Source of the DNA: Burkholderiales bacterium
Lineage (GTDB): Bacteria > Pseudomonadota > Gammaproteobacteria > Burkholderiales > Usitatibacteraceae
Length of the DNA stretch: 33,714 nucleotides
NCBI GenBank assembly: GCA_031427395.1
Contig: JANPNJ010000342.1
Location: 1-33,714, forward strand
Direction: 5' to 3'
Part shown: positions 1 to 10,074 of the stretch, piece by piece
How positions within the stretch are numbered: the stretch's first letter is position 1
How the letters are laid out: every line of letters begins with the position of its first letter
Made by a program: the position numbers and the translations under genes
Notes under the pieces: model-generated
What the model was told of the DNA's origin: nothing
Seen by the model: only the letters and a program-made list of their open reading frames with translations
Database searches by the model: none

Positions 1-94
1 CAACCGGCACATCCTTGGCCACTTCTTTGCTTGCACAGCCGCCCAGTGCGGCCAACAACAGGGCAAAAACGCCCGATAGTATTTTGTTTTTCAT
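1..94 (-). CDS. pal: Peptidoglycan-associated lipoprotein Pal, N-terminal part (gene runs off the left edge)
   Basis: Reverse complement of 1-94 reads MKNKILSGVFALLLAALGGCASKEVAKDVPV: signal peptide plus lipobox (LGG/C). AGGAG lies 6 nt upstream of the ATG (92-94). It sits directly downstream of tolB. Absent from the ORF track because it is open-ended. Confidence 0.75.
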   Translation of the reverse strand, partial: MKNKILSGVFALLLAALGGCASKEVAKDVPV

Positions 95-173
95 TTTGCA
101 CTCCTGAATGGACAGAAAAAGACACCGAGCCTACAAAAAAAACACCGCAATGACTTGCCACGTTACACCAAAA

Positions 174-1481
174 TCATCTGCCTGCGGCGGGGGAATAGGG
201 CCCCCACGCCGGCTCGCGCACGTCGCCGATTTGCGACGTCAGCCGCTGCTTGACGCGGCCATCCACCGACACCGATCCCAGGCTGCCGCGCCCGGACACC
301 TTGGATTCAAACAGGATGGTACGCCCGTTTGGCGAAAAGCTGGGCGAGTCGTCACGCGGCCCTTCGGTCAGCACGTTGATGATGCCCGTTGCCAATTCGA
401 GGGTGGCAATGCGCAACCGCCCTTCTTCACGGCTGACAAAGGCGACCAATTTGCCGTCCGGGCTCATGCGCGGGCTGGTGTTGTAGTTGCCTTCAAAGGT
501 GAGGCGTTTGGCGCTGCCGCCGGCCACCGGCACCGAATACAATTGCGGCCCGCCGGAACGATCGGAAAAGAAAACGATGGTTTTGCCGTCAGGCGTGAAG
601 GTCGCGCCGCTGTCGATGGCATTGCTTTCGGTGACGCGGCGCGGCTCGCCGCCGACGGCGGGAATCACATAGATCTGCGACACCGCGTCACGCGAAAGCG
701 CCACCAGCAATTGGCTGCCGTCAGGTGACCATGACGGCGCGTAATTGTCACCGCGGAAATTCGCCACCACGCGGCGTTGGCCGGTGGTCAAATCCTGCAC
801 CACCACGTTCGATTTGCGTGATTCAAACGTCACATAGGCGAGCCGGGTGCCGTCCGGCGACCATTTGGGCGAACCAATGGGCTCATTGGACGCCAGCACC
901 GTCTGCGGATTGAAGCCATCGGCGTCGGCCACCTGCAATTCAAAACGCGCCCCGCGTTTTTGCACATAGGCGATTTTGGTGGAAAACACACCGCGCTCGC
1001 CGCTGAGTTTTTCGTAGATTTCATCGGCAATGCGGTGGGCAGTGGCGCGAAACTGCGTCGGGCTGACATTAATCTGGCCTCCAGCAATCTGGCTTTGTTT
1101 GGCCACATCGAGCAAACGATAACGAATGTCATAACGGCCATCTGGCAAGGGCGTGATGCCGCCGATCAACAGCGCCTCCGCGGCGCGTGTGGTCCAATCG
1201 ACAAAGTTGATTTCCGAAGGCTCGGTCGGCAGTTGGCTGATGGCGCCGGTGGTGACGAGACGGAACAATCCGGTGCGGGCGAGATTGTTGGTGATGACGG
1301 GGGTGAGGTTTTGCAAGGCAGCGGCCTCGCCGCGAAATTCGACAATCGCAATCGGGATCTGTCTGCCTGCGCTGGTGGTGACGTCGATGGTGAGTTGGGC
1401 AAGGGCAACGCCGCCAGCCAGCAAATTGAGGCAGGCCATTGCGCAGAAAGCGGGCAATAGGCGGGAGAATTTTTTCATCAT
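174..1481 (-). CDS. tolB: Tol-Pal system periplasmic beta-propeller protein TolB
   Basis: Track ORF 174..1622 trimmed to ATGATG at 1481, giving signal peptide MMKKFSRLLPAFCAMACLNLLAGGVALA/Q. Repeated PD40-type blades are present (SPKWSPDGTRLAY, APSWSPDGSQL, TFTPDGKTIVF, SPRMSPDGKLVAF, SPSFSPNGRTILF). Lies between tolA and pal. Confidence 0.95.
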   Translation of the reverse strand: MMKKFSRLLPAFCAMACLNLLAGGVALAQLTIDVTTSAGRQIPIAIVEFRGEAAALQNLTPVITNNLARTGLFRLVTTGAISQLPTEPSEINFVDWTTRAAEALLIGGITPLPDGRYDIRYRLLDVAKQSQIAGGQINVSPTQFRATAHRIADEIYEKLSGERGVFSTKIAYVQKRGARFELQVADADGFNPQTVLASNEPIGSPKWSPDGTRLAYVTFESRKSNVVVQDLTTGQRRVVANFRGDNYAPSWSPDGSQLLVALSRDAVSQIYVIPAVGGEPRRVTESNAIDSGATFTPDGKTIVFFSDRSGGPQLYSVPVAGGSAKRLTFEGNYNTSPRMSPDGKLVAFVSREEGRLRIATLELATGIINVLTEGPRDDSPSFSPNGRTILFESKVSGRGSLGSVSVDGRVKQRLTSQIGDVREPAWGPYSPAAGR

Positions 1482-1506
1482 GGCTTCGTGGTTATGAGCA
1501 TATTGT

Positions 1507-2295
1507 TTATCGTTCGTGTTCAATACGCAGTATAAGTTCACGGCGGCCACCCAAAATGGTGGGGTCATCCGGCTGCGGCCATTGGCGGATGCCGTTGATG
1601 GCGCGTTCCACCGCCTCATCAAAGGTGCGGTTGCCGGATGGCCGCTGTATCTGTGCTTCCAGCACCGCGCCGTTGGTCAGGAGGCGCAGCCGCACTTCGA
1701 CAATCGGCTGGCCGCGAACCGAATCGGGAATGTTGGCGCGGTTGCGGATCAGCGCGCCGATCCTGGCGCCGTAATTTTCCACCGCCCGCTGCCGTGCGCT
1801 TTGCAACGCCGCCACCCGCGCCTCGGCTTCCGCGCGCGCTTTTTCAGTTTCGGCTTTCAGTTTCCTGTCCTCATCGGCCTTTTTTTTGTCATCAATGCGT
1901 TTTTGTTCCTCACGCTTTTGCTGCTCGATTTTTATTTTTTCGTCACGCTCTTTTTTCACCTTCAACGCGATGTCTGCCTTGCTTGGCACAACCGGCTCGG
2001 GCTTGATGGCGGGCGGCGGCGCTTCAGTTGGCGGCGGCGGCGCGGGGGCGGGGGCAGGCAAATCGACTGTGGGCAGATCACGCCAGATTTCGGCGTGCAG
2101 GGGGGCTTGCACCTTGACCTGCCAGGACACACCAAAAACAATCAGCGCAAAAAAACCGACGTGCAACACCAGCGCGAACAATGCCGAGGGCAACTTGCCC
2201 GGATCAGTGCGCCGCCTGAGCACCGAGCGGCCGGTGGCGGACAGCTTGAAGCCGGCGTGGTTGGGTGGAGGGGATGGTGGAATAGCAGCGGCCAT
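1507..2295 (-). CDS. tolA: Tol-Pal system protein TolA
   Basis: 262 aa with an N-terminal TM helix (LFALVLHVGFFALIVFGV) and a Pro/Ala spacer. A Lys/Glu/Ala-rich helical domain follows (KKERDEKIKIEQQKREEQKRIDDKKKADEDRKLKAETEKARAEAEARV), then a small C-terminal domain. Position tolR-tolA-tolB. Confidence 0.85.
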   Translation of the reverse strand: MAAAIPPSPPPNHAGFKLSATGRSVLRRRTDPGKLPSALFALVLHVGFFALIVFGVSWQVKVQAPLHAEIWRDLPTVDLPAPAPAPPPPTEAPPPAIKPEPVVPSKADIALKVKKERDEKIKIEQQKREEQKRIDDKKKADEDRKLKAETEKARAEAEARVAALQSARQRAVENYGARIGALIRNRANIPDSVRGQPIVEVRLRLLTNGAVLEAQIQRPSGNRTFDEAVERAINGIRQWPQPDDPTILGGRRELILRIEHER

Positions 2296-2307
2296 CAGAT
2301 CAACCTG

Positions 2308-2718
2308 TCAGTGCGCCGGCTTCACCAGCAAGCCCACGCGCTTCACCTGCCCCTGTTGCAGCGCGTCGAGCACTTCAATCACATTTTCATAGCGCAGTTT
2401 TTTGTCCGCCGAAATCACCACCGCCTGCTCGGGATGTTTGGCCTGGATGATGCGCACTGTGCGCAGCAGCTCGGCCTTGCTGACATTTTGTTCGCGCCCG
2501 CCCTGTTGGCGATCCACCAGTGTGATCAGCCCATCCTTGTCGAGCCGCACTTCCAGCGGCGCCATGGCCGGGTTGAGCGCCTGGCCGACACTCGGCAGAT
2601 CAATCTGGCCGGGCGTGATCAGGGGCGAGGCCACCATAAAAATAATCAGCAGCACCAGCATCACGTCGATGTAGGGCACCACGTTGATCTCGGCCATGGC
2701 ACGGCGCGGGCGGCGCAT
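2308..2718 (-). CDS. tolR: Tol-Pal system protein TolR (ExbD/TolR family)
   Basis: ExbD/TolR signature MAEINVVPYIDVMLVLLIIFMV. ATG at 2716-2718 chosen (1 nt after the tolQ stop at 2720-2722) instead of track start 2796, which would overlap tolQ. Confidence 0.9.
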   Translation of the reverse strand: MRRPRRAMAEINVVPYIDVMLVLLIIFMVASPLITPGQIDLPSVGQALNPAMAPLEVRLDKDGLITLVDRQQGGREQNVSKAELLRTVRIIQAKHPEQAVVISADKKLRYENVIEVLDALQQGQVKRVGLLVKPAH

Positions 2719-2719
2719 C

Positions 2720-3418
2720 TTAATGCACCGCCTGGCGTTGCAGGATGTTGGAGAATTCTTCGATGAAATTTTCGTAGCGGTTTGCCAGCCGATCAATTTC
2801 GGCGGTGTAGCGGTTGTAGGCGATCACCGCCGGAATGGCGGCGAACAGGCCAATGGCGGTGGCGATCAAGGCCTCGGCGATGCCCGGCGCCACCTGCGCG
2901 AGTGTGGCCTGGGCGACATTGGACAGCCCACGGAATGAATTCATGATGCCCCACACGGTGCCGAACAATCCAATATACGGACTGACCGAGCCGACCGTGG
3001 CGAGAAACGACAAATGCCGCTCGATGTAATCAAGCTCGCGCTGGAACGCCGCCTTCATGGCGCGGCGGGTGCCGTCCATGAGCGCGCCGACGTCCGACCC
3101 GGATTTGCTTTTCAGCTTCAGGAATTCCTTGAAGCCCGCCTCGAAAATGCGCTCCATGCCCTGGGTTTCGTATTCACCTGAGGTGGCGCGCTGGTACAGG
3201 CCGACAATGTCCGAGCCCGCCCAGAATTCATGTTCGAATTGTTCCGCCAATTTTTTGGCTTTGCGCAGCGTGAACATTTTGACAAAAATGTACCACCACG
3301 AATAAAGCGAGACCAGCGCCAGCAGCGCCAGCACGATCTTGACCACGATGGATGCCTGCAGCACCAGCGCCCATATGGCCATGTCCGGGTGAAGATTGAT
3401 TGCGGCGAGTGGATTCAC
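2720..3418 (-). CDS. tolQ: Tol-Pal system protein TolQ (MotA/TolQ/ExbB proton channel)
   Basis: 232 aa, three TM segments, motifs GLFGTVWGIMNSF and PGIAEALIATAIGLFAAIPAVIAYN. The GTG start at 3416-3418 overlaps the ybgC stop (GTGA). ATG at 3382 is an alternative start. Confidence 0.9.
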   Translation of the reverse strand: MNPLAAINLHPDMAIWALVLQASIVVKIVLALLALVSLYSWWYIFVKMFTLRKAKKLAEQFEHEFWAGSDIVGLYQRATSGEYETQGMERIFEAGFKEFLKLKSKSGSDVGALMDGTRRAMKAAFQRELDYIERHLSFLATVGSVSPYIGLFGTVWGIMNSFRGLSNVAQATLAQVAPGIAEALIATAIGLFAAIPAVIAYNRYTAEIDRLANRYENFIEEFSNILQRQAVH

Positions 3419-3861
3419 GGGCAGGTCGCTTCCATTTTGCGTTTGAGATCGGCAGGCAATTCAATCGGCCTGAAACTGTCGGCGGCCACCGTGGCCACTG
3501 TGACCCGCGCCTTCATCAGGATTTCATCGCCGCGCTTGATTTCCTGGTAAAACGTGCAGCGCACCCGCCCCATGGCTTCGATGGCGACAGTCACGTCGAG
3601 ATTGTCATCGAGGCGCGCCGGCTTGGCAAAGCTCATGGTGACTTCCGACACCACCCAGAGCATTTTATATTTGCGTTCGAGCTCGGTGTTGCTGAAGCCA
3701 AGATGCCGCAGCCACTCGGTGCGGGCACGCTCCAGAAAACGCACATATTGGCCGTGATAGACCACGCCGCCCGAGTCGGTGTCCTCGTAATAAATGCGCA
3801 GCGGAAAGGAAAACGAAAAAAGCTGGGTCTGCTGCGCATCTTTGAGGGTGAGTTTGGCCAT
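3415..3861 (-). CDS. ybgC: Tol-Pal-associated acyl-CoA thioesterase YbgC (4HBT hotdog fold)
   Basis: 148 aa with the hotdog thioesterase motif YYEDTDSGGVVYHGQYVRFLERARTEWL. First gene of the tol cluster. Its ATG (3859-3861) overlaps the ruvB stop by 1 nt. Confidence 0.85.
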   Translation of the reverse strand: MAKLTLKDAQQTQLFSFSFPLRIYYEDTDSGGVVYHGQYVRFLERARTEWLRHLGFSNTELERKYKMLWVVSEVTMSFAKPARLDDNLDVTVAIEAMGRVRCTFYQEIKRGDEILMKARVTVATVAADSFRPIELPADLKRKMEATCP

Positions 3862-4892
3862 CAGAACAATGCTGATGCCTGATTTTGGCTCGGCATCACC
3901 AGCCCGAAATGCTGATAGGTGAGCAATGTCGCCATGCGTCCGCGCGGGGTGCGCTGCAAATAACCTTGTTGAATCAAGTAGGGCTCCAGCACATCCTCGA
4001 TGGTGTCGCGCTCCTCGCCGATGGCGGCGGCGAGATTTTCCACACCCACCGGGCCGCCGGCGAATTTTTCGATGATCGACAGCAGCATTTTGCGGTCCAT
4101 CATGTCGAGACCCACGACATCCACATCGAGCATTTTCAGCGCCGCATCGGCGATGATTTTGCTGACGTTGCCGTCGTGTTTCACCTGGGCAAAATCACGC
4201 ACCCGCCGCAACAGGCGGTTGGCGATGCGCGGCGTGCCACGCGAGCGTTTGGCGATTTCGAGCGCACCATCCTCCTCAATGCCGACTTCGAGCAGCTTGG
4301 CCGAGCGCGTGACAATCAATTGCAACTCGGCGGGCGAATAAAATTCGAGGCGCGAGACAATGCCAAACCGATCCCGCAGCGGATTGGTGAGCATGCCCGC
4401 GCGGGTGGTGGCACCGACCAGCGTGAAAGGCGGCAGATCGAGCTTGACCGAACGTGCCGAGGGCCCCTCGCCGATCATGATGTCGATCTGGTAGTCCTCC
4501 AGCGCGGGATACAAAATTTCCTCGACCACCGGATTGAGCCGGTGGATCTCATCAATGAACAACACATCATTGGGCTCAAGATTGGTCAGCATCGCCGCCA
4601 GATCACCGGCGCGCTCCAGCACCGGGCCCGAGGTGTGTTTCAGGTTCACGCCCATTTCGCGGGCGATGATGTGGGCAAGGGTGGTCTTGCCCAAACCCGG
4701 CGGGCCAAACAACAGCGTGTGGTCGAGCGGCTCTTTACGACCACGGGCGGCGTCAATGAAAATCGACAACTGCTCGCGGATTTTTTCCTGGCCAATGTAT
4801 TCACCCAGCAATTTCGGCCGCAGCGCGCGCTCCTGCACGTCCTCGACAGTTGACGATTTTTCAGCGGAAATAATGCGGTCGGGTTCTAGCAT
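3861..4892 (-). CDS. ruvB: Holliday junction branch-migration helicase RuvB
   Basis: 343 aa with Walker [12 protein letters not shown] and Walker [10 protein letters not shown]. The characteristic RuvB C-terminus is present ([15 protein letters not shown] ... [17 protein letters not shown]). Confidence 0.97.
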   Translation of the reverse strand: MLEPDRIISAEKSSTVEDVQERALRPKLLGEYIGQEKIREQLSIFIDAARGRKEPLDHTLLFGPPGLGKTTLAHIIAREMGVNLKHTSGPVLERAGDLAAMLTNLEPNDVLFIDEIHRLNPVVEEILYPALEDYQIDIMIGEGPSARSVKLDLPPFTLVGATTRAGMLTNPLRDRFGIVSRLEFYSPAELQLIVTRSAKLLEVGIEEDGALEIAKRSRGTPRIANRLLRRVRDFAQVKHDGNVSKIIADAALKMLDVDVVGLDMMDRKMLLSIIEKFAGGPVGVENLAAAIGEERDTIEDVLEPYLIQQGYLQRTPRGRMATLLTYQHFGLVMPSQNQASALF

Positions 4893-5065
4893 GGCTGCAT
4901 TTTAGCCGACACCGCTGTCGTGGCGGGCATGTCGCGGGCAGAACACGGGCGAAATGACTGCGCTGTGGTCTTCCAACAAACGCATAAAAAAATCAACATC
5001 GCCTATTGGCGGCGTTTTTAAGGCAAAAATGTCTGGAGACGCTTGTCATTGCTGGTGTTTGGCAA

Positions 5066-5650
5066 TTATTTTGACAACGACTTCAACGCCAGCCGAATGC
5101 CGTCGGACACTGTGCCATCAGCGGGCAACGCCTTGACTGCCAGCAACGCCTCTTTTTCGCTGTAGCCCAGCCCCAGCAGCGCATTCAACACATCTTCATT
5201 GGCGGTGGGCTTGGCGGCAGGGTTGCCAAGCGTGGCCATGCTTGCATTCACCTTGAATTTGTCCTTCAACTCCAGCAACAAACGCTCGGCGGTTTTTTTG
5301 CCGATGCCGGGAATATTGGTCAGCCGCCCGGTTTCCTGCATCGCCACAGCCGTCGCCAGATCGTTCACGCTCAATCCCGACAACACCGCCAGCCCCACCT
5401 TCGGCCCCACCCCGCTGACTTTCAGCAACAAACGAAACGACGCGCGCTCCGCCTCCGTGGCAAAACCATACAACAACTGCGCATCCTCGCGCACCACCAT
5501 GTGGATGAACAGGCTCACGTTTTCACCCGTGCGCGGCAGGCCAAAAAATGTCGACATCGGCACGAAGATTTCATAGCCGACACCGTGGGCGTCCACCAGC
5601 AGTTGCGGGGGATTTTTTTCCAGCAGGGTTCCGCTGATGCGTCCGATCAT
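5066..5650 (-). CDS. ruvA: Holliday junction DNA-binding protein RuvA
   Basis: Track ORF 5066..5794 trimmed to ATG 5650. N-terminus is [35 protein letters not shown] (OB fold). Two helix-hairpin-helix motifs follow ([34 protein letters not shown]). Confidence 0.95.
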   Translation of the reverse strand: MIGRISGTLLEKNPPQLLVDAHGVGYEIFVPMSTFFGLPRTGENVSLFIHMVVREDAQLLYGFATEAERASFRLLLKVSGVGPKVGLAVLSGLSVNDLATAVAMQETGRLTNIPGIGKKTAERLLLELKDKFKVNASMATLGNPAAKPTANEDVLNALLGLGYSEKEALLAVKALPADGTVSDGIRLALKSLSK

Positions 5651-5706
5651 GTTTTGCTTTCTGTTTGTGTTTGGCTGCGGCACAATTGCAAGCGCACCCC
5701 CATCCC

Positions 5707-6225
5707 TCACTGCACCAACCTCCCACCCTTGACCCGATACCCGCGCGTGGTCATGCCGCCCAATTCCCCGCCATGTGCGTGGCAAATCGCGCAAGCCAGC
5801 GCGTCGGCGGAATCCGCTCCCGGCAGGCCGGAGAGTTTCAGCAGCCGTTTGACCATTTCCTGCACCTGCTCTTTTTCGGCGTGGCCGTTGCCGACCACCG
5901 CTTGTTTGACTTGCAGCGCGGTGTATTCGGCCACCGGCAAATTGTGCAACAGCGCGCCGCAGATGGCCGCGCCCCTGGCCTGCCCCAGCAGCAGGGTCGA
6001 TTGCGGATTGACGTTGACAAAAACTTTTTCCACCGCCACTTCATTTGGCGCAAACAGGCGGATGACTTCCTGGATTGAATTCAGGATATTTTTCAGCCGG
6101 TCGGGCAATTCGCCGTCAGGGGATTTGATGCAGCCGCTGGTCACATAGGCCAAGCCCGCGGGCGTTTTTTCGATGACACCATAACCGGTGACACGCAGAC
6201 CCGGATCAATGCCGAGGATTTTCAT
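5707..6225 (-). CDS. ruvC: Crossover junction endodeoxyribonuclease RuvC
   Basis: 172 aa starting [19 protein letters not shown] (RNase H-like fold with N-terminal catalytic Asp), with ...[12 protein letters not shown] near the C-terminus. The ATG overlaps the stop of the upstream GNAT gene (ATGA). Confidence 0.95.
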   Translation of the reverse strand: MKILGIDPGLRVTGYGVIEKTPAGLAYVTSGCIKSPDGELPDRLKNILNSIQEVIRLFAPNEVAVEKVFVNVNPQSTLLLGQARGAAICGALLHNLPVAEYTALQVKQAVVGNGHAEKEQVQEMVKRLLKLSGLPGADSADALACAICHAHGGELGGMTTRGYRVKGGRLVQ

Positions 6226-6815
6226 GCGATCACGCGTGCGTACATGCTGGCATCACATGGTTGGCTATCCACGCCAAGCAGGCTCATGCGGTGAATGCCT
6301 TCGAGCACAAAACCACAGCGCTCGGCCACCGCGCGGCTGCGGGTGTTGGTGGGCTGGCTGCGGATTTCGAGGCGCCTGGCGCCCAGCTCGGTGGTGGCAA
6401 ATTGCACCAGACCATTCACCGCCTCGGTGCAATAGCCGTGCCCGACAAACCCTTCGCCAAGCCAGTAGCCGATTTCAAATTTCGGAATGGCCCAGTCGAT
6501 ATGGTGAAAGCCGCCCTTGCCGATGAGCGCGCCCGTGGATTTTTCAATCCACTGAAAATCAAGCACGTCGCGGTTCTGCCATTTTTCCTCGATACTGGAA
6601 AAATATTTTTGCATGCTGTCCAAAAGTGGTGTCGGATGCGCCCACGGCATCCATTCGCGCAAGGTGGTGGCACTGGTTTGTGCCAGGGCAAAAGTGTCAT
6701 GCAAATCGGCCGCCACACCGGCACGGATCAGCAGCCGTTTGGTTTCAAACTGCGTGGCAATGGATGCCGCCTTGCGACTCGCCGCCAATGCCAATTGCGC
6801 GTCAAGCGCCGTCAT
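6222..6815 (-). CDS. GNAT family N-acetyltransferase (RimJ/RimL-like)
   Basis: Contains FETKRLLIR..., the [26 protein letters not shown] acetyl-CoA-binding core, and ...[18 protein letters not shown] at 6813-6815 overlaps the ybjQ-family stop by 1 nt (the track gives TTG at 6818). Confidence 0.8.
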   Translation of the reverse strand: MTALDAQLALAASRKAASIATQFETKRLLIRAGVAADLHDTFALAQTSATTLREWMPWAHPTPLLDSMQKYFSSIEEKWQNRDVLDFQWIEKSTGALIGKGGFHHIDWAIPKFEIGYWLGEGFVGHGYCTEAVNGLVQFATTELGARRLEIRSQPTNTRSRAVAERCGFVLEGIHRMSLLGVDSQPCDASMYARVIA

Positions 6816-7129
6816 CAAATATCCTCTATCACCACCGCCGTGCCGGTGACGGACACCAGCACCATGCCTTTGCCACTGCCGTGGACGATGTAGTTGACGC
6901 TGGTGCCGATGATGGCATTGGCGCCGACCTGCTGCGCGCCCTGCATGGCGCCTCTGAGCGCATTGTCGCGCACACCGGGCAGCACCTTGTGGTAGGCGTC
7001 GGCAAAACCCGCCACCGGTTTGTCGGAGACGAGTGCGACTTCCGCGCTGGCTTCGCCCGTGACCATGCCGAGGTAGCGGGCGATGCGTTTGCCCTCGATG
7101 TTGGAGGTGGTGGTGATGAGAATGTTCAT
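6815..7129 (-). CDS. YbjQ family protein (UPF0145, putative heavy-metal-binding domain)
   Basis: 104 aa. The N-terminus ([22 protein letters not shown]) and C-terminus ([13 protein letters not shown]...[15 protein letters not shown]) match the YbjQ pattern recalled from E. coli. The middle is divergent. Confidence 0.7.
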   Translation of the reverse strand: MNILITTTSNIEGKRIARYLGMVTGEASAEVALVSDKPVAGFADAYHKVLPGVRDNALRGAMQGAQQVGANAIIGTSVNYIVHGSGKGMVLVSVTGTAVVIEDI

Positions 7130-7857
7130 GTGGCTTCGTCCATCACCGCCGAGCTATAGACTTCCTGCACGTCGTCGAGCGCTTCAATGGCATCCAGCAG
7201 CTTTTGCATTTTCACGGCATCGTCCCCGGTGAGCTCAATTTCGTTGGTGGCTTTCATGGTGACTTCGCCGTATTCCGCCTTGAAGCCGGATTTTTCCAGC
7301 GCGGTTTTCACCTTGGAAAATTCATACGGCGCGGTGAGGACTTCAAACGAGCCGTCGGCGTTCGCGGTCACATCCTCCGCCCCGGCCTCGAGCGCGGCTT
7401 CCATCAATTTTTCCTCATTGGTGCCGGGGGCGAACAGCATGATGCCGCAGTGTTTGAACAAAAACGCCACCGAGCCTTCCGCACCCATGTTGCCGCCGAA
7501 TTTGGAAAAGGCGAAACGCACCTCGGCCACCGTGCGCACCCGGTTGTCGGTCATGCAGTCAACAATGATGGCCGCCCCGCCGATGCCGTAGCCCTCATAG
7601 CGGATTTCCTCATAGTTGACGCCATCCAGGCCGCCCGAGCCGCGCTTGACAGCGCGCTCGACGGTGTCCTTGGGCATGTTGTTGTCAAAGGCCTTGTCCA
7701 TCGCCAGCCGCAGGCGCGGATTGGCATCGGCGTCCCCCCCGCCGAGCCTGGCGGCGACGGTGATTTCCTTGATCAGGCGGGTGAATACCTTGCCGCGCTT
7801 GGCATCCTGGCGACCCTTGCGGTGTTGGATATTGGCCCATTTTGAGTGTCCTGCCAC
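7126..7857 (-). CDS. yebC: YebC/PmpR family DNA-binding transcriptional regulator
   Basis: The canonical N-terminus (M)[22 protein letters not shown] begins at GTG 7855-7857. The track start at 7947 adds 30 non-conserved residues. Confidence 0.9.
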   Translation of the reverse strand: MAGHSKWANIQHRKGRQDAKRGKVFTRLIKEITVAARLGGGDADANPRLRLAMDKAFDNNMPKDTVERAVKRGSGGLDGVNYEEIRYEGYGIGGAAIIVDCMTDNRVRTVAEVRFAFSKFGGNMGAEGSVAFLFKHCGIMLFAPGTNEEKLMEAALEAGAEDVTANADGSFEVLTAPYEFSKVKTALEKSGFKAEYGEVTMKATNEIELTGDDAVKMQKLLDAIEALDDVQEVYSSAVMDEAT

Positions 7858-8017
7858 GTCATGCCCCCGATTGTTCGATGCTGGCGGACCAAACGCATCG
7901 AAGCGCAAGTCCCGCAGCAAAACCAAAGATGCAATGTTAACATTCACTCACACCGCATCCACCCTGCCACACCACTCCCGCCACATGCCGTGGCTGCCCA
8001 TCAGACGAAAGTTTTTC

Positions 8018-9463
8018 ATGTCCGAGCCGTTGCTGATCGCCAAGACCCATGATAAATCAGCGGCTGATTTGCTGTTGCTTCCCGGTATGGCCAACCGCCA
8101 CGGGCTGATTGCCGGTGCGACCGGCACCGGCAAAACCGTCACCTTGCAGGTGATGGCAGAGCATTTTTCCCGGATCGGGGTGCCGGTGTTCATGGCCGAC
8201 GTGAAGGGGGATTTGACCGGCATTTCGCAGCCCGGCAAGCCGCATCCGAAAATCGACGAACGCCGCCAATTGCTGGGACTGGAGTTTGTGCCTGCGGGCT
8301 GCCCCACCACCCTTTGGGATGTGTTTGGAGAACAGGGACACCCGGTGCGCACCACGGTTTCCGAGATGGGCCCATTGCTGCTGGCGCGGATTTTCAATCT
8401 GAACGACATCCAGGAAGGCGTGCTGGCGATGGTGTTCAAAATCGCCGACGACAACGGCCTGCTGCTGCTGGATTTGAAAGATTTACGTGCGGCGCTGACC
8501 CATGTCGGCGAAAACGCCAGCCAATTCACCACAACCTACGGCAATGTCTCGGCGGCGTCGATTGGCGCCATCCAGCGCGGCCTGCTCACCCTGGAGCAAC
8601 AAGGCGGCGACAAATTTTTTGGCGAGCCCGCCCTCTCGCTTGACGACCTGATGCAAACCGATAACGGCCGCGGTGTCATCAATATCCTCGCCGCCGACAA
8701 GTTGTTGTCCAGCCCGCGCCTGTACTCGACATTTTTGTTGTGGATGCTCTCGGAGTTGTTTGAAAATTTGCCGGAAGTCGGCGACCGCGATAAACCGAAA
8801 TTGGTGTTTTTCTTTGACGAGGCGCATTTGCTGTTCAACGAAGCGCCCGCCGAATTGCTGGAAAAAATCGAGCAGGTGGTGAGGCTGGTGCGCTCCAAGG
8901 GCATCGGCGTGTATTTTGTGACGCAAAATCCGCTGGACATTCCCGACACCGTGCTGGGACAACTCGGCAACCGTGTGCAGCACGCCCTGCGCGCCTACAC
9001 GCCGCGCGACCAAAAAGCGGTGAAGGCGGCGGCGGAAACCTTCCGCGAAAATCCCAAACTGAATGTGTCCGCTGTCATCACCGAGCTGGGCGTGGGCGAG
9101 GCACTGGTGTCGTTTCTCGACGAAAAAGGCCGCCCCACCATTGTCGAGCGCGCCTATGTTTGCCCGCCGCAATCGCAAATCGGCCCCATCACCGCCAACA
9201 TGCGCGCCGCGCTGCTGGCGTCATCATTGGTGGCCGGCATCTATGAAAAAACCGTGGATCGGGAATCGGCATTCGAGAAGCTGGCGGCACGCCGCGCCAG
9301 TGAGGCCGCTGCCGCACCTGCGCCGGTCGAAGGCAGCGGCAGATCATCACGCGAGGGCGTGGTCGAAGCCATGATGAAATCGGCGGGACGGGCGATGGCC
9401 TCCGAAGTTGGGCGCAGAATCATCCGTGGGGTATTGGGCTCAATACTCGGCGGACGACGTTAA
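8018..9463 (+). CDS. yjgR: HerA-like ATPase YjgR (DUF853 family)
   Basis: Track ORF 7616..9463 trimmed to ATG 8018. N-terminal region is [11 protein letters not shown]...[49 protein letters not shown], collinear with E. coli YjgR as recalled. Walker B is [10 protein letters not shown]. Confidence 0.88.
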   Translation: MSEPLLIAKTHDKSAADLLLLPGMANRHGLIAGATGTGKTVTLQVMAEHFSRIGVPVFMADVKGDLTGISQPGKPHPKIDERRQLLGLEFVPAGCPTTLWDVFGEQGHPVRTTVSEMGPLLLARIFNLNDIQEGVLAMVFKIADDNGLLLLDLKDLRAALTHVGENASQFTTTYGNVSAASIGAIQRGLLTLEQQGGDKFFGEPALSLDDLMQTDNGRGVINILAADKLLSSPRLYSTFLLWMLSELFENLPEVGDRDKPKLVFFFDEAHLLFNEAPAELLEKIEQVVRLVRSKGIGVYFVTQNPLDIPDTVLGQLGNRVQHALRAYTPRDQKAVKAAAETFRENPKLNVSAVITELGVGEALVSFLDEKGRPTIVERAYVCPPQSQIGPITANMRAALLASSLVAGIYEKTVDRESAFEKLAARRASEAAAAPAPVEGSGRSSREGVVEAMMKSAGRAMASEVGRRIIRGVLGSILGGRR

Positions 9464-9492
9464 CCACATACAAACAAAGCAGGGAGACACAC

Positions 9493-10071
9493 ATGCCAAA
9501 ACCATTGCCAGGCGAACGCCGCCGCGCCATATTGCAGGCGCTGGCCGAAATGCTTGAACAACCCAAGGGCGAAAAAATCACCACTGCCCTGCTCGCCAAA
9601 AAACTCGATGTGTCGGAAGCGGCGCTGTACCGGCACTTTGCCAGCAAGGCACAAATGTTTGAGGGGCTGATCGAATTCATTGAGGAGACGGTGTTTTCAC
9701 TGGTGAACAAAATCCAGCTTGATGAAACCGACGGCCTCAAACAAGTGGAGGCGACGGTGGCCATGTTGCTGAATTTCGCGCAAAAAAACATCGGCATGAC
9801 GCGCGTGCTGATCGGTGATGCGCTGGTCAATGAGGATGACCGCCTGCAGGCGCGCATGAACCAACTGCACGACCGCCTGGAAGCCTCCATCCGCCAAAGT
9901 GCCCGTCTGGCGGGCACTTCCGGGCAATTGCACGCCTCGCTCGACCCCAGCGCCTATGCCAACACGGTCATGTCGTTTATTGTCGGCCGCTGGCACCAGT
10001 TCGCCAAATCCGGCTTCAAGCGCACACCCACCGAAATGTGGAAGGCGCAGTGGGCGGTGTTTGCTGGATAA
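9493..10071 (+). CDS. slmA: Nucleoid occlusion factor SlmA (TetR family)
   Basis: 192 aa. ITTALLAKKLDVSEAALYRHFASKAQMFEGLIEFIEETVF and DDRLQARMNQLHDRLEASIRQ align closely with E. coli SlmA as recalled. AGGGAGA RBS at 9481-9487. Confidence 0.85.
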   Translation: MPKPLPGERRRAILQALAEMLEQPKGEKITTALLAKKLDVSEAALYRHFASKAQMFEGLIEFIEETVFSLVNKIQLDETDGLKQVEATVAMLLNFAQKNIGMTRVLIGDALVNEDDRLQARMNQLHDRLEASIRQSARLAGTSGQLHASLDPSAYANTVMSFIVGRWHQFAKSGFKRTPTEMWKAQWAVFAG

Positions 10072-10074
10072 AAA

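Noticed and set aside
1516-2766. 416-aa plus-strand ORF spanning the tolA/tolR region
   Set aside because: It is antisense to two well-supported tol genes. The product is low-complexity (Arg/Gly/His runs) with no recognisable motifs, a typical GC-rich shadow ORF.
3885-4853. 322-aa plus-strand ORF
   Set aside because: It is exactly antisense to ruvB, whose identity is unambiguous, and it has no motifs of its own.
4893-5706. Search for LexA (SOS) boxes CTGT-N8-ACAG upstream of ruvA and ruvB, and a weak hairpin plus T7 run (about 4990-5030, minus strand) between ruvA and ruvB
   Set aside because: No sequence fits CTGT-N8-ACAG by eye. The hairpin stem is only 4 bp (CGCC/GGCG), too weak to call an attenuator.
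7616-8017. Long N-terminal extensions in track ORFs (7616, 5794, 1622, 18267, 28112, 31118, 31041, 27718, 21768, 13783)
   Set aside because: In each case the extension lacks conservation-like sequence and overlaps the neighbouring gene or promoter. An internal start with an RBS reproduces the canonical family N-terminus or a signal peptide.
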